DNA from: Candidatus Algichlamydia australiensis
Lineage (GTDB): Bacteria > Chlamydiota > Chlamydiia > Chlamydiales > JAJFMI01
Direction of reading: 5' to 3'
Length of the DNA stretch: 64,000 bases
Assembly (NCBI GenBank): GCA_033977065.1
Contig: JAXCHI010000003.1
Location: 160,001-224,000 of the forward strand
The notes beneath the pieces were generated by a model. The model saw nothing but the letters and a program-made list of their open reading frames with translations. It searched no databases and was not told the origin of the DNA. The position numbers and the translations under genes were made by a program. This document shows, in pieces, positions 40,650-49,675 of the stretch (position 1 is its first letter; every line of letters starts with the position of its first letter).

Positions 40650-41496
40650 CAACGTTTATATTCGCTACAATTTCATCTTTTCCGATTAAAGGAATATGGT
40701 CAAGATAAGGGTTAGGTGGATGGACATTTTGACGCAATACCCCTTGACGTGGATCCGCCCATAGCGAGATCAATCGCAAGGAAAAGGGTTCATTAATGTA
40801 GTAGAGCGTAGATAAAATTCCCGAATCAGGAGCAATTACAATAGAGCAGCAATTTTTTATCAGTGAGAGCATCTCATGCAGGGTTGTTTCTCCGCGCAAA
40901 TCCACAATATTTTTTCCTTGATAAATGGGACTCTTGCTCATGCCAAAAAGCACAAACTGCTTCTCGGGAAAACGCGCAAAAAGCTCCTGCCAATACTCCT
41001 CTGGCCAATCTTTTGTATAGCCATAAAATTGCTTCGTCTCAGACTGCACATGTACACCTACTGCGCCCTCTTTTACAGAAAATTTTTTACTAAGTGCATC
41101 CAATTTTGGATTCCAAAAAAGCCTCGGCACTAACTTCCCTAGTTGCCAAGAGAGCCAACGCGTCGGATCAATTTTTTCCAGCACATGATCATAATCATCA
41201 ATTGAAATTCCCGCTTCTCGAGCCCACTCTTCGATCGGCTTTGACTCTCCACGACGCATTGAAGGAGCAATAGCTACCTCTACATCGGGCAGCATCTGAA
41301 AACAGTCAGCCAAATCGGGACGCGTCAAATAAGTGATTTTTGCATCGAGAACAAACTCCCGCACGCGCACGCCAAGAGCATAGAGCCCAAGCGGGATGTC
41401 ACCAAGACCGCGATTCCAGAGAAAGAGAAAGTTTTTTTCGCTTTTTTTCTTTGCTTTTCTAAGCAAACGATCCAGAGGATTACCGAGTAATCGCAT
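40624..41496 (-). CDS. Glycosyltransferase family 9 (heptosyltransferase-like)
   Basis: RGLGDI, KDWPEEYW, DLRGETTL and PDSG motifs. Confidence 0.8.
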   Translation of the reverse strand: MRLLGNPLDRLLRKAKKKSEKNFLFLWNRGLGDIPLGLYALGVRVREFVLDAKITYLTRPDLADCFQMLPDVEVAIAPSMRRGESKPIEEWAREAGISIDDYDHVLEKIDPTRWLSWQLGKLVPRLFWNPKLDALSKKFSVKEGAVGVHVQSETKQFYGYTKDWPEEYWQELFARFPEKQFVLFGMSKSPIYQGKNIVDLRGETTLHEMLSLIKNCCSIVIAPDSGILSTLYYINEPFSLRLISLWADPRQGVLRQNVHPPNPYLDHIPLIGKDEIVANINVDDLASYLT

Positions 41497-42493
41497 CGAC
41501 AACCTCCTCAACTGTAATCTGTTTCATGCAGCGAAAATCGATTGGACATACGCGTTTATAACAGGGAGAACAAGAGACATCTTTATTGATAACCGTCCCA
41601 CCATTGTAGGGACCTGTCGCCGTGCTATTGGTCGATCCAAAAAGTGCAACGAGTTTCACACCGACTGCGCTAGCTACATGCATCGGCCCACTATCATTGG
41701 TAAGCAAAACCTCTAACTGGCTAATCAAAGCCATCATTTCACGAAGGGTCGTCACACCTGCCATATTAATTGCGCGAGCTGGTAATCCGTCACAAATTCC
41801 TTTAATCAGCTCACTCTGCCCCACTGATCCTAAAAAGAGTACATAGCAATTGGGATCCTTTTCTAAAAGTTGCTTAGTCACCTCGTGAAAGCGGTCGGGC
41901 AGCCAGCATTTTGCCTCACCATACGCCGCACCCGGGTGAATCCCAATAATTTTTGCCCCTTCAGGTACATCGAACCGATCCAGCAATTTACGTACATGCG
42001 CTCTCTCTTCATCAGTGACAAAAAGCTGCGGCTCTGTCTCAGAAATTGAAACCCCCAAAGGCACAAGCAGCCGCTTGTAGGTCGTGACAAGATGCTCACT
42101 GCCCCTCTCCTTCGGTTTCGGAATTGGTTTTGTTAAAAGCCAGCGCCGCCAGTTTCCTACAAATCCGATGCGCTCCTTAACCCTTCCTTGTGCCATCAAC
42201 CAAGCAGAAGAAAACGAGTTTGTGAGCAAAATCCCCAAGTCATACTTACCGCCACGCAGCTTTTGAATCAAGTCTCGCTGCCCTTCACGCCGGCTCATCT
42301 TACCCAGTTTCGTAAAGGAGAAAATTTCGTTTACATGAGGATCTTTTTCTACAATTTCTTCCATGGGCTTTTGGCACATCGCAGTGATTTCTGCATTTGG
42401 AAAGTAGCGCCGAACATCAGCCAGAATGGGTGTTGCCATCACCAGGTCCCCAATCCAGTTGGGCATCCTTATGAGAATATTTTGAAACTCCAC
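41480..42493 (-). CDS. waaF: LPS heptosyltransferase II
   Basis: PNWIGDLVMATP, HPGAAYGEAKCW, TNDSGPMH and CSPCYKRVCP motifs. Confidence 0.9.
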   Translation of the reverse strand: MEFQNILIRMPNWIGDLVMATPILADVRRYFPNAEITAMCQKPMEEIVEKDPHVNEIFSFTKLGKMSRREGQRDLIQKLRGGKYDLGILLTNSFSSAWLMAQGRVKERIGFVGNWRRWLLTKPIPKPKERGSEHLVTTYKRLLVPLGVSISETEPQLFVTDEERAHVRKLLDRFDVPEGAKIIGIHPGAAYGEAKCWLPDRFHEVTKQLLEKDPNCYVLFLGSVGQSELIKGICDGLPARAINMAGVTTLREMMALISQLEVLLTNDSGPMHVASAVGVKLVALFGSTNSTATGPYNGGTVINKDVSCSPCYKRVCPIDFRCMKQITVEEVVDAITR

Positions 42494-42562
42494 ACCACAA
42501 TTGTAACAGCTTGAAATTTAATGAAAAAGCTGACAAAATGTTTTCAGAACTTTGGAGGAATT

Positions 42563-43465
42563 ATGATCAATTACCACTCACTTTGGGTCCTACTACCCCT
42601 ACTTATCATCATCACAAAGGCATTTCATATCGTGCCACAGCGCAAAGCCTACGTTGTAGAGCGTTTGGGAAAATACCACCGCACCTTAAGCGCCGGGCTA
42701 AACATCATTATTCCCTTTGTTGATCGTATCGCCTATCGCCACTCGCTTAAAGAAATTGCTTTAGATGTAGCAAAGCAGGTCTGTATCACACGCGATAATA
42801 TTGCCGTTGAAGTTGATGGCGTCCTCTACCTCCAAGTGATGGACCCTGTTAAAGCCTCCTACGGCATCACCGACTATCTCTTTGCAACCACGCAAATTGC
42901 GCAGACCACCATGCGCTCTGTTATTGGGAAACTCGACCTTGACCAGACATTTGAAGAGCGTGAGCAGATCAATGGCCAGATTGTGGAAGCGTCTGACAAG
43001 GCGTCTGATCCTTGGGGCATTAAAGTTTCGCGTTATGAGATTAAAGATATTAAGCCGCCGCGCAGCATCTACGATGCGATGGAAAAGCAGATGCGTGCCG
43101 AACGCGAAAAACGCGCCGTTATTGCAACTTCTGAGGGAGAGCGCCAAGCGCGCATCAACCGCGCCGACGGAGAAAAGCAAGAGCTCATTGCAAAAGCTGA
43201 GGGAAAAGCCAAAGAAATTGAGACTGTTGCGACTGCCAAAGCGGACTCTATCCGCGTCATTGCGCAAGCTTTGCAAGAAGAGGGTGGCAAAGATGCGCTT
43301 ACCATGCGCCTTGCAGAAAATTATATCTGCGAATTTGGCTCTCTTGCCAAAGCAAATAATACCATGATTGTTCCCGCTGACGTAGCTGATCTCTCAAAAA
43401 TGATCGCCACAGCGACTACACTCATCGGTAAAGGCAAACCTGACCTAGAGAGATTAAGAAATTAG
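42563..43465 (+). CDS. SPFH/stomatin-like (QmcA/paraslipin) protein
   Basis: VVERLGKY, AQTTMRSVIG and QMRAEREKRA motifs; GGAGG RBS before the ATG at 42563. Confidence 0.92.
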   Translation: MINYHSLWVLLPLLIIITKAFHIVPQRKAYVVERLGKYHRTLSAGLNIIIPFVDRIAYRHSLKEIALDVAKQVCITRDNIAVEVDGVLYLQVMDPVKASYGITDYLFATTQIAQTTMRSVIGKLDLDQTFEEREQINGQIVEASDKASDPWGIKVSRYEIKDIKPPRSIYDAMEKQMRAEREKRAVIATSEGERQARINRADGEKQELIAKAEGKAKEIETVATAKADSIRVIAQALQEEGGKDALTMRLAENYICEFGSLAKANNTMIVPADVADLSKMIATATTLIGKGKPDLERLRN

Positions 43466-43555
43466 TTATCGTTAACGAGCAAAATCAAGAGCTTAGGAGC
43501 AGAACTACATCTTACTTTTTAAAAAAAGAAAGAGAGAATGTAATAGACTGAGGGT

Positions 43556-44047
43556 GTGAAAAGACGCATTATCTTTGGCATTGATCCTGGTACGCAAGCA
43601 ACCGGTTACGGCATCATTGCCGTATCCGGTAGAACCCACGAAGCGCTTAGTTTTGGCGTTATTCGCTCCAGCACAAAAGTGCCCCTCAATGAGCGCTACC
43701 TCCATATTTTTAATGAACTCGAGCGCCTAATCGATCTCTATCAACCAGAAGCTATTTCTGTCGAAACACAATTTGTTTATAAAAACGTGCAGAGCGCTTT
43801 GAAACTTGGTATGGCACGCAGCTGTGCTATTCTTGCCGGTGGCAGAAAAAATATTCCTATTTTTGAATACGCTCCAAGCAAAGCGAAACTTGCCGTTGTT
43901 GGACGAGGAAATGCAACAAAACCGCAGGTGCAGAAAATGATTCAGATGCTGCTTGGCCTTGGCAAAGTTTCCGTGCCAGAAGATGCCGCAGATGCACTTG
44001 CACTTGCCATCTGCCACGCACATCATCTAAAATCAAGGAGACACTGA
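43556..44047 (+). CDS. ruvC: Holliday junction resolvase RuvC
   Basis: GIDPG, ETQF and DAADALALAICH motifs. Confidence 0.97.
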   Translation: MKRRIIFGIDPGTQATGYGIIAVSGRTHEALSFGVIRSSTKVPLNERYLHIFNELERLIDLYQPEAISVETQFVYKNVQSALKLGMARSCAILAGGRKNIPIFEYAPSKAKLAVVGRGNATKPQVQKMIQMLLGLGKVSVPEDAADALALAICHAHHLKSRRH

Positions 44048-44200
44048 ACAATTGCTGTGCCGATAGGTCGAGCCGAAAATTCTAAAAAACTTTCTTTGGA
44101 GATCGGAGTCAACTTTGAAAAGTTGATGGAGATCGAAAATAAAGTTTTCTAGAATTTCTCGGCCGAGATAGCGGTGCATCAATTGTTCAGTGACAACCTA
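44034..44200 (-). mobile_element. Hairpin MITE-like element, family C, copy 2 (167 bp)
   Basis: CACTGAACAATTG...CAATTGTTCAGTG inverted ends; gap-free homology to the reconstructed 26270-26598 element. Confidence 0.85.
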
Positions 44201-44204
44201 AATT

Positions 44205-44792
44205 ATGTTTGAGTACATTCGCGGAACACTTGTTTCTATAACACCAGAAAAAGCGGTTGTCGATGTCAATGGCATCGGCTACCAGATTCACATTCCTCTT
44301 AGCTGCTACGCTGATGGGTTAAAAATTGAATCGGAAATTACCTTCTATACTTGCTTTGTAGTGAGGGAAGATTCGCAGCGTCTCTTTGGTTTTAGTAAAA
44401 AAGAGGAGCGAGAGCTCTTTATTCTCCTGAGTGAAGTCTCTGGTGTGGGACCGAAAACTGCTCTCAATCTAATTGGACACCTTGGAAGTGATAGCTTGGA
44501 GCAAGCGATTCTTTCTGCTAATACCGCAACACTCTCTAAAGTGCCAGGAATTGGGCGCAAGACAGCTGAGCGTCTTGCTCTTGAAATGCGCGATAAAATT
44601 CATAAGCTTAAAGGACCAAAAATCCCTTATATTCCAGGCAAGCCTGATTTAAAAAATGACGCCGTTTCTGCTCTTGTGAACCTTGGTTACTCATCAACAC
44701 AAGCAACCAAGGCGACAGACAAGGTGCTAAAAGAACTTGGCGAGGAGCCTCCCCTCACCAAGTTAATTGCCGCTGCCCTTAAAACGATCTAG
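44205..44792 (+). CDS. ruvA: Holliday junction branch migration protein RuvA
   Basis: MFEYIRG, VSGVGPKTA, VPGIGRKTAER and ALVNLGY motifs. Confidence 0.97.
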   Translation: MFEYIRGTLVSITPEKAVVDVNGIGYQIHIPLSCYADGLKIESEITFYTCFVVREDSQRLFGFSKKEERELFILLSEVSGVGPKTALNLIGHLGSDSLEQAILSANTATLSKVPGIGRKTAERLALEMRDKIHKLKGPKIPYIPGKPDLKNDAVSALVNLGYSSTQATKATDKVLKELGEEPPLTKLIAAALKTI

Positions 44793-45426
44793 ATCTAGAT
44801 CTAGATGGTTTGATAATATCTCTTAGAATATCTTGAAGCTCCTTTCTTTGACTTCCTTCAATATTCGTAAAGTATTGAGTTCCATTTTTAGGGAATTGTA
44901 GAAGTAATTTTCCATCTTTAGCAAAAAGAGTATTCTCTACATTTTTGTACGTAAAGTACACTTTTGTATTTTTCCCATTGCGGAAGATTTTGATCTGCTT
45001 AGGCTTAACAGAATCATCGGTAGTATTAGTTAACGGTTCTCCGAGATCCACTCCAACCTCTTCGAAAAAGAGTGTAAGTATTTCTGGGGTTTTTACTTCT
45101 TGAGTTTCTACTTCATTTGGATCTCTAAAGTCTGGAGCTTTTGTTTCAGGACCCTCAACTTCTGGATCCTCTACCTCTGGCCCCTTTAATTCTGGAGTTC
45201 GATTGAACAAGACAGGAACTTCTCCTAAATTTGGAGCACAAATACTTATATTACGGTATGCATAGACAGCACCACCAATCACAAGAGCGGCTGTTCCAAA
45301 TAGGGCAATGGCTATTGCTACTGTTTTTTTATCGACTTTTGAAAGAGTATTTAAAACCTCTTCTTTTGCAGACATGTAAGCCTGCGTTTTATTTAAAAAA
45401 TAATTTAATTTTTCCATAAAATCCAC
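44779..45426 (-). CDS. Hypothetical membrane-anchored protein with acidic Pro repeats
   Basis: One hydrophobic segment (VAIAIALFGTAALVIGGAVYAY) followed by PELKG-PEVED-PEVEG-PETKA pentads. Confidence 0.65.
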   Translation of the reverse strand: MDFMEKLNYFLNKTQAYMSAKEEVLNTLSKVDKKTVAIAIALFGTAALVIGGAVYAYRNISICAPNLGEVPVLFNRTPELKGPEVEDPEVEGPETKAPDFRDPNEVETQEVKTPEILTLFFEEVGVDLGEPLTNTTDDSVKPKQIKIFRNGKNTKVYFTYKNVENTLFAKDGKLLLQFPKNGTQYFTNIEGSQRKELQDILRDIIKPSRSRSRSF

Positions 45427-45531
45427 AACTTTTATATTTTATTTATTAATAATTATACAAAATAAACACATTTAATAAAACAAACAAAAAAGATTTAGAG
45501 GTTTTATTGTGTTTTTGGCATGATCTTCTCT

Positions 45532-46881
45532 ATGAAGGGCTCAAATGTTAACAAAACAATCGCTGCAGTAGCAACTCCTCCAGGTGATGGGGGTGTTGCG
45601 ATCATTCGAATTTCAGGGCCAAGGGCAATTTCTATCGCCGATTCTATTTTTTCAGGGAACATTAAAAACTTTATTAGTCATAAGGCCTATTACGGTAAAA
45701 TTTTTTCTTTAACAGGCGATGTTTTGGATGAAGTGCTTCTTCTGCCGATGCGGACGCCGCGTTCGTTTACGGGAGAAGATGTAGTTGAAATTCATTGTCA
45801 TGGCGGGCGCCTAATTACGCAGAGGGTTTTAGCAAGGGTATTAGAGGCTGGAGCTCTGCCAGCTGGTCCAGGCGAATTTAGCATGCGCGCCTATCTCAAT
45901 GGTAAGCTGGATTTGGCGCAGGCTGAGGCAATTCAAGAGTTAATTTGCGCTAAAAATGAGTTAGCACTATCAAGCGCGCAGGAGCAATTAGATGGCGCGC
46001 TTTCCAAAAAAATTCGGGGTTTTCAAAAAGAGATTGCTGATGTGACAGCAATTATTGAAGCTTGGGTTGACTATCCAGAAGAGGGATTGGAGTTTGCCTC
46101 TGAAGAGGAGATTTTGGAGCAGTTGAAGAATGTCCAAGAGAAAATTCACTCCCTCCGTGAGAGTTTTCATGATGGGAAGATTTTGCACGAGGGTGTTAAG
46201 CTCTGTCTTTTAGGTGCGCCAAATGTGGGAAAATCTTCTTTAATGAATGCTTTGCTAAATCGCAATCGGGCAATCGTTACTGAGATTGCCGGCACTACGC
46301 GCGATCTGATTGAAGAGAGCCTTCGCATTGGTGATCTGCATGTACACTTAACAGATACGGCTGGGATTCGTGAAGATGCGGAGCGTATTGAGGAAGAGGG
46401 GATTCGTCGCTCGAAAAAAGCAGCTGAGCATGCCGATTTTATTCTCTTTGTTCTTGACGCAACGCGTGCAATAACAAGTGCAGAAGAAGAGTTGCTCGCT
46501 TCGCTCCCTAATGAGCGTACAATTGTACTGCATAACAAAATCGATTTAGCAGAAAAAAAATCACCCTCCTATTTATCTGTTTCAGCAAAAACAGAAGAGG
46601 GGCTTAGCGAATTAAAAAAACTGCTTCATAATCGCATTTGGAAAAATGGTAGACCAGGAAAGGAGCAGATCGCCATTACAAAAGAGCGCCACTATTTTGC
46701 CCTAAAACAGACTGAAGAGTTGCTCGATACTGTTGCATCTGGACTACGCGAAGGGATTTCACCCGAATTTCTCTCGTCCGATTTACGTAGAGCATTAAAA
46801 GAGTTAGGTAGTATTATTGGAATCGATGTAACCGAAGAGATCTTGGGCTCGATCTTTTCCAAATTTTGTGTCGGCAAATGA
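45532..46881 (+). CDS. mnmE: tRNA modification GTPase MnmE
   Basis: GAPNVGKSS, GTTRD, DTAG, NKID and C-terminal FCVGK. The start could also be 45520. Confidence 0.97.
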   Translation: MKGSNVNKTIAAVATPPGDGGVAIIRISGPRAISIADSIFSGNIKNFISHKAYYGKIFSLTGDVLDEVLLLPMRTPRSFTGEDVVEIHCHGGRLITQRVLARVLEAGALPAGPGEFSMRAYLNGKLDLAQAEAIQELICAKNELALSSAQEQLDGALSKKIRGFQKEIADVTAIIEAWVDYPEEGLEFASEEEILEQLKNVQEKIHSLRESFHDGKILHEGVKLCLLGAPNVGKSSLMNALLNRNRAIVTEIAGTTRDLIEESLRIGDLHVHLTDTAGIREDAERIEEEGIRRSKKAAEHADFILFVLDATRAITSAEEELLASLPNERTIVLHNKIDLAEKKSPSYLSVSAKTEEGLSELKKLLHNRIWKNGRPGKEQIAITKERHYFALKQTEELLDTVASGLREGISPEFLSSDLRRALKELGSIIGIDVTEEILGSIFSKFCVGK

Positions 46882-47492
46882 AAGTGGAAGAAATTCTTAC
46901 CATTCTCGATCACTACTTTCCCAATCCAAAAGTCTCTTTGGACCATCGCGACTCCTACACTCTTCTCATTGCAACTCTTCTCTCTGCGCAGTGCACTGAC
47001 AAGCGGGTGAATGAGATAACTCCCCTGCTTTTTGCCAGAGCGAAAACGCCCGAGGAGATGATTCAGCTAAAAGTTGATGAGATTGAAGAGATCATCCGCC
47101 CGTGTGGTCTCGGGCCGACAAAAGCAAAAAATATCTGGGCTCTTTCAAAAATATTAATCGAAGAGTATGGAAGCGAGGTACCTGGTTCGCTTGAAGAGAT
47201 GGAAAAGTTACCGGGTGTGGGACACAAAACGGCCTCAGTTGTTCTAACGCAAGCTTTCAATCTTCCTGCGTTCCCCGTCGATACACACATTCATCGTTTG
47301 GCAAAGCGCTGGAATTTAAGCTCTGGCAAAAATGTACGCCAGACAGAAAAAGATTTAAAAGAGCATTTTCCTAAAGAGCGCTGGTGCAAAGTCCATTTAC
47401 AAATGATCTACTTTGCGCGACAGTTTTGCCCTGCAAAAAAACACCAAAAATCTCTCTGCCCGATCTGCAAAGTTATCTCTCAAGAATGTTAA
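46878..47492 (+). CDS. nth: Endonuclease III
   Basis: LSAQCTD, LPGVGHKTA, PVDTH and C-terminal Cys cluster; ATGA overlap with mnmE. Confidence 0.95.
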   Translation: MKVEEILTILDHYFPNPKVSLDHRDSYTLLIATLLSAQCTDKRVNEITPLLFARAKTPEEMIQLKVDEIEEIIRPCGLGPTKAKNIWALSKILIEEYGSEVPGSLEEMEKLPGVGHKTASVVLTQAFNLPAFPVDTHIHRLAKRWNLSSGKNVRQTEKDLKEHFPKERWCKVHLQMIYFARQFCPAKKHQKSLCPICKVISQEC

Positions 47493-48588
47493 GAATCTCA
47501 ATAGCGCAGTAGAGGCGATTGCGTTTTCCTTCCGTGTATTGAAAAATGGCGCCAATGTTTTCTAGTTTTTGAATCACTCTCTGTGCAGTTGTAATCGCTA
47601 CATTGTACTGTTGCGCAATTTTCTTTGTCGTAAGAAATGGGTTGATCGCAAGATATTGAATCACTTCCATCACAAGTGATGAGGTAGCTTGCGATTGCCA
47701 TTTGTTAATGAGCTGGTTGATTTGCTCTGCGCGCGTGAGTGCATCTGCTGCTTGTTCACTTACGCCATGCAAAAAGTAGTGCAGCCACTCCTGCCATGTT
47801 CCACTAGTACTAATATTTTGTAGATGGCGATAGTATTCCGTTCGCGACGCTTCAAAAAAAGCACTCAAGTAGAGAAGAGGTGCAGGGAGAAGTTCTCTTT
47901 CGATAAGAAGGAGTGTGATGAGAAGACGACCGATGCGTCCATTTCCATCAAGAAATGGATGAATGGCTTCAAATTGGTAGTGACAGAGCGCTGCATGAAC
48001 AAGCGGAGGCAGCTGTTGATTATGAAGGAACTTTTCAAAATCGGAAAGGCAATCGGCTAATGCATCAACAGGCGGCGGAACATAAGATGCTGTGTTCAGT
48101 GTTGCACCTGGCGGTCCTATCCAATTTTGTGAGCGCCGAAATTCCCCTGGAGTAGCGTGTTGTCCGCGCACCCCCGTCATGAGTTTTTCATGAATTTCTT
48201 TGATTAGACGAATGGATAGAGGAATTTCCTTGAGACGCCTGAGGCCATGTTCGAGAGCAAGTATGTAATTGCGCACTTCTTGCAAGTCTGCAGAACGCTC
48301 GCGGCTCATTCTCGCCTCATCAGCTAAAACTTCCCCCACTGTTGCTTGCGTTCCCTCGATTTTGCTAGAGAGAACGGCTTCACGAGTGACAAAAGGATGG
48401 ATGAGTAAGTGAGGATTGGGAAGCTTGCTCCCTTCTCGAGCCAGTTTTCCTAAAATATAATCAGCGCGTGAGAGTGCGTTAACAAGCGCCTCGTCCCAAT
48501 CAATATGCGGAGGAAGCGGATTCGGAACATAGGCCTTATAACCAAGTAAAGTTTTTAGTATTGTCCCGGCTGGAGTCTTTGTTGTCAT
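47473..48588 (-). CDS. Fic family protein (class II, with C-terminal HTH)
   Basis: Canonical HPFLDGNGRIGR; N-terminal inhibitory SSKIEG; C-terminal HTH-like segment. Confidence 0.93.
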   Translation of the reverse strand: MTTKTPAGTILKTLLGYKAYVPNPLPPHIDWDEALVNALSRADYILGKLAREGSKLPNPHLLIHPFVTREAVLSSKIEGTQATVGEVLADEARMSRERSADLQEVRNYILALEHGLRRLKEIPLSIRLIKEIHEKLMTGVRGQHATPGEFRRSQNWIGPPGATLNTASYVPPPVDALADCLSDFEKFLHNQQLPPLVHAALCHYQFEAIHPFLDGNGRIGRLLITLLLIERELLPAPLLYLSAFFEASRTEYYRHLQNISTSGTWQEWLHYFLHGVSEQAADALTRAEQINQLINKWQSQATSSLVMEVIQYLAINPFLTTKKIAQQYNVAITTAQRVIQKLENIGAIFQYTEGKRNRLYCAIEILNILER

Positions 48589-48595
48589 GTTTCCA

Positions 48596-48699
48596 TATTA
48601 GCGTTTTTGGTGTTTTTCGAAAATAAGAGATTTCTTTATTAGCGCTAGCGCTAATATGGGTTTGCCTTATTAGCGATTTTGTTGAATATCGCTAATAAG
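48596..48699. promoter_or_regulatory. Array of TATTAGCG/CGCTAATA inverted repeats upstream of fic
   Basis: Pairs at 48596/48618 (N14, right arm degenerate), 48637/48649 (perfect 20-bp palindrome) and 48668/48690 (N14). Confidence 0.75.
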
Positions 48700-49597
48700 A
48701 GACTCCGAGCGATTCACCGAAGTTGGCTTTCATCTCATACCCTTCTTGGGTGGCATCGATGAGATCTTGGTCAAGCTTTACTTTGTTTGGTTCAAAAAGA
48801 AGGAGAAGGGATGAACCACCAAATGAGAAGAAACCTTTCTCGTCTCCTTTTTTCTGCGGGGTATTTTCTTGAAAGGTTTGATGAATAGTACCAACGTAGG
48901 TCGCTCCCACTTCGATAAAGAGAATGGTGCCAAGGTGGTCGGTTTTGAGTTTAGTGATCACACGCTTGTTTTCGATGAGATAGCCGATGTTTTTTTTGAG
49001 TGCAAGCGGATTAACAGAGAAAAGCGGGCCATCAACAGGTTGCGGCTTTTCAGGAATGCAATCGCAAGGGAAGTGAAAACGATGATAGTCAACGGGAGCC
49101 AGACGAGCAATGACAAGGGCCCCGCCGATGTATTGCTTTGCAAGGGCTTTGTCACGCAAGAGTTTTTCTAAACAGTAGGGCTGTCCTTTTACTTTGAAGG
49201 CGCGACCTTCATCAATTTTTGGATAGACAAGGTAGCGGCCGTCGGCCGGTAAGATGAGATCAGTAGAAGCTAGAGGACGTCTCTCCGGCTTTAGCTTGCG
49301 AGTGAAAAAGTCATCAAAAGAGACGAAAGTTTCGGGAAGATCCTGAAATTCGGTAGCATCTAACTGGTAACGTTCGATAAAGGGAAGAATCTTTTTTTTG
49401 CTTTTGGGGGAGCGCTGACTGCGGCCGTAGAGATTAGAGAGGAATTTGAAGCGGGCAATAAGGGGAAGAAGAAAACAAGTAAAAATTTTAATTAACAAGG
49501 GGCTCTGGTAGAGCAGCTTAATCGCCTTCTCTCCATAGACTTTCTCTCGTTCCAAAGCCTTGGTATTGCGATTTTTAAAGATTAATGGGTCCTTCAT
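48692..49597 (-). CDS. psd: Phosphatidylserine decarboxylase
   Basis: FFTRKLK, PADG, RLAPVDYHRFH, EVGAT and FGGSS autocleavage motif. Confidence 0.95.
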   Translation of the reverse strand: MKDPLIFKNRNTKALEREKVYGEKAIKLLYQSPLLIKIFTCFLLPLIARFKFLSNLYGRSQRSPKSKKKILPFIERYQLDATEFQDLPETFVSFDDFFTRKLKPERRPLASTDLILPADGRYLVYPKIDEGRAFKVKGQPYCLEKLLRDKALAKQYIGGALVIARLAPVDYHRFHFPCDCIPEKPQPVDGPLFSVNPLALKKNIGYLIENKRVITKLKTDHLGTILFIEVGATYVGTIHQTFQENTPQKKGDEKGFFSFGGSSLLLLFEPNKVKLDQDLIDATQEGYEMKANFGESLGVSY

Positions 49598-49675
49598 CCT
49601 TCAGGAGTTAGTGAGTGATTCCTATAAAATAACATATAGGGTACAATAAGTGTTGAACTTTCTGGAATCACGAAG

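Noticed and set aside
44786..44806. (GATCTA)n microsatellite as a contingency locus
   Set aside because: Only ~3.5 in-frame units at the extreme C-terminus of an orphan, so a length change would have little effect.
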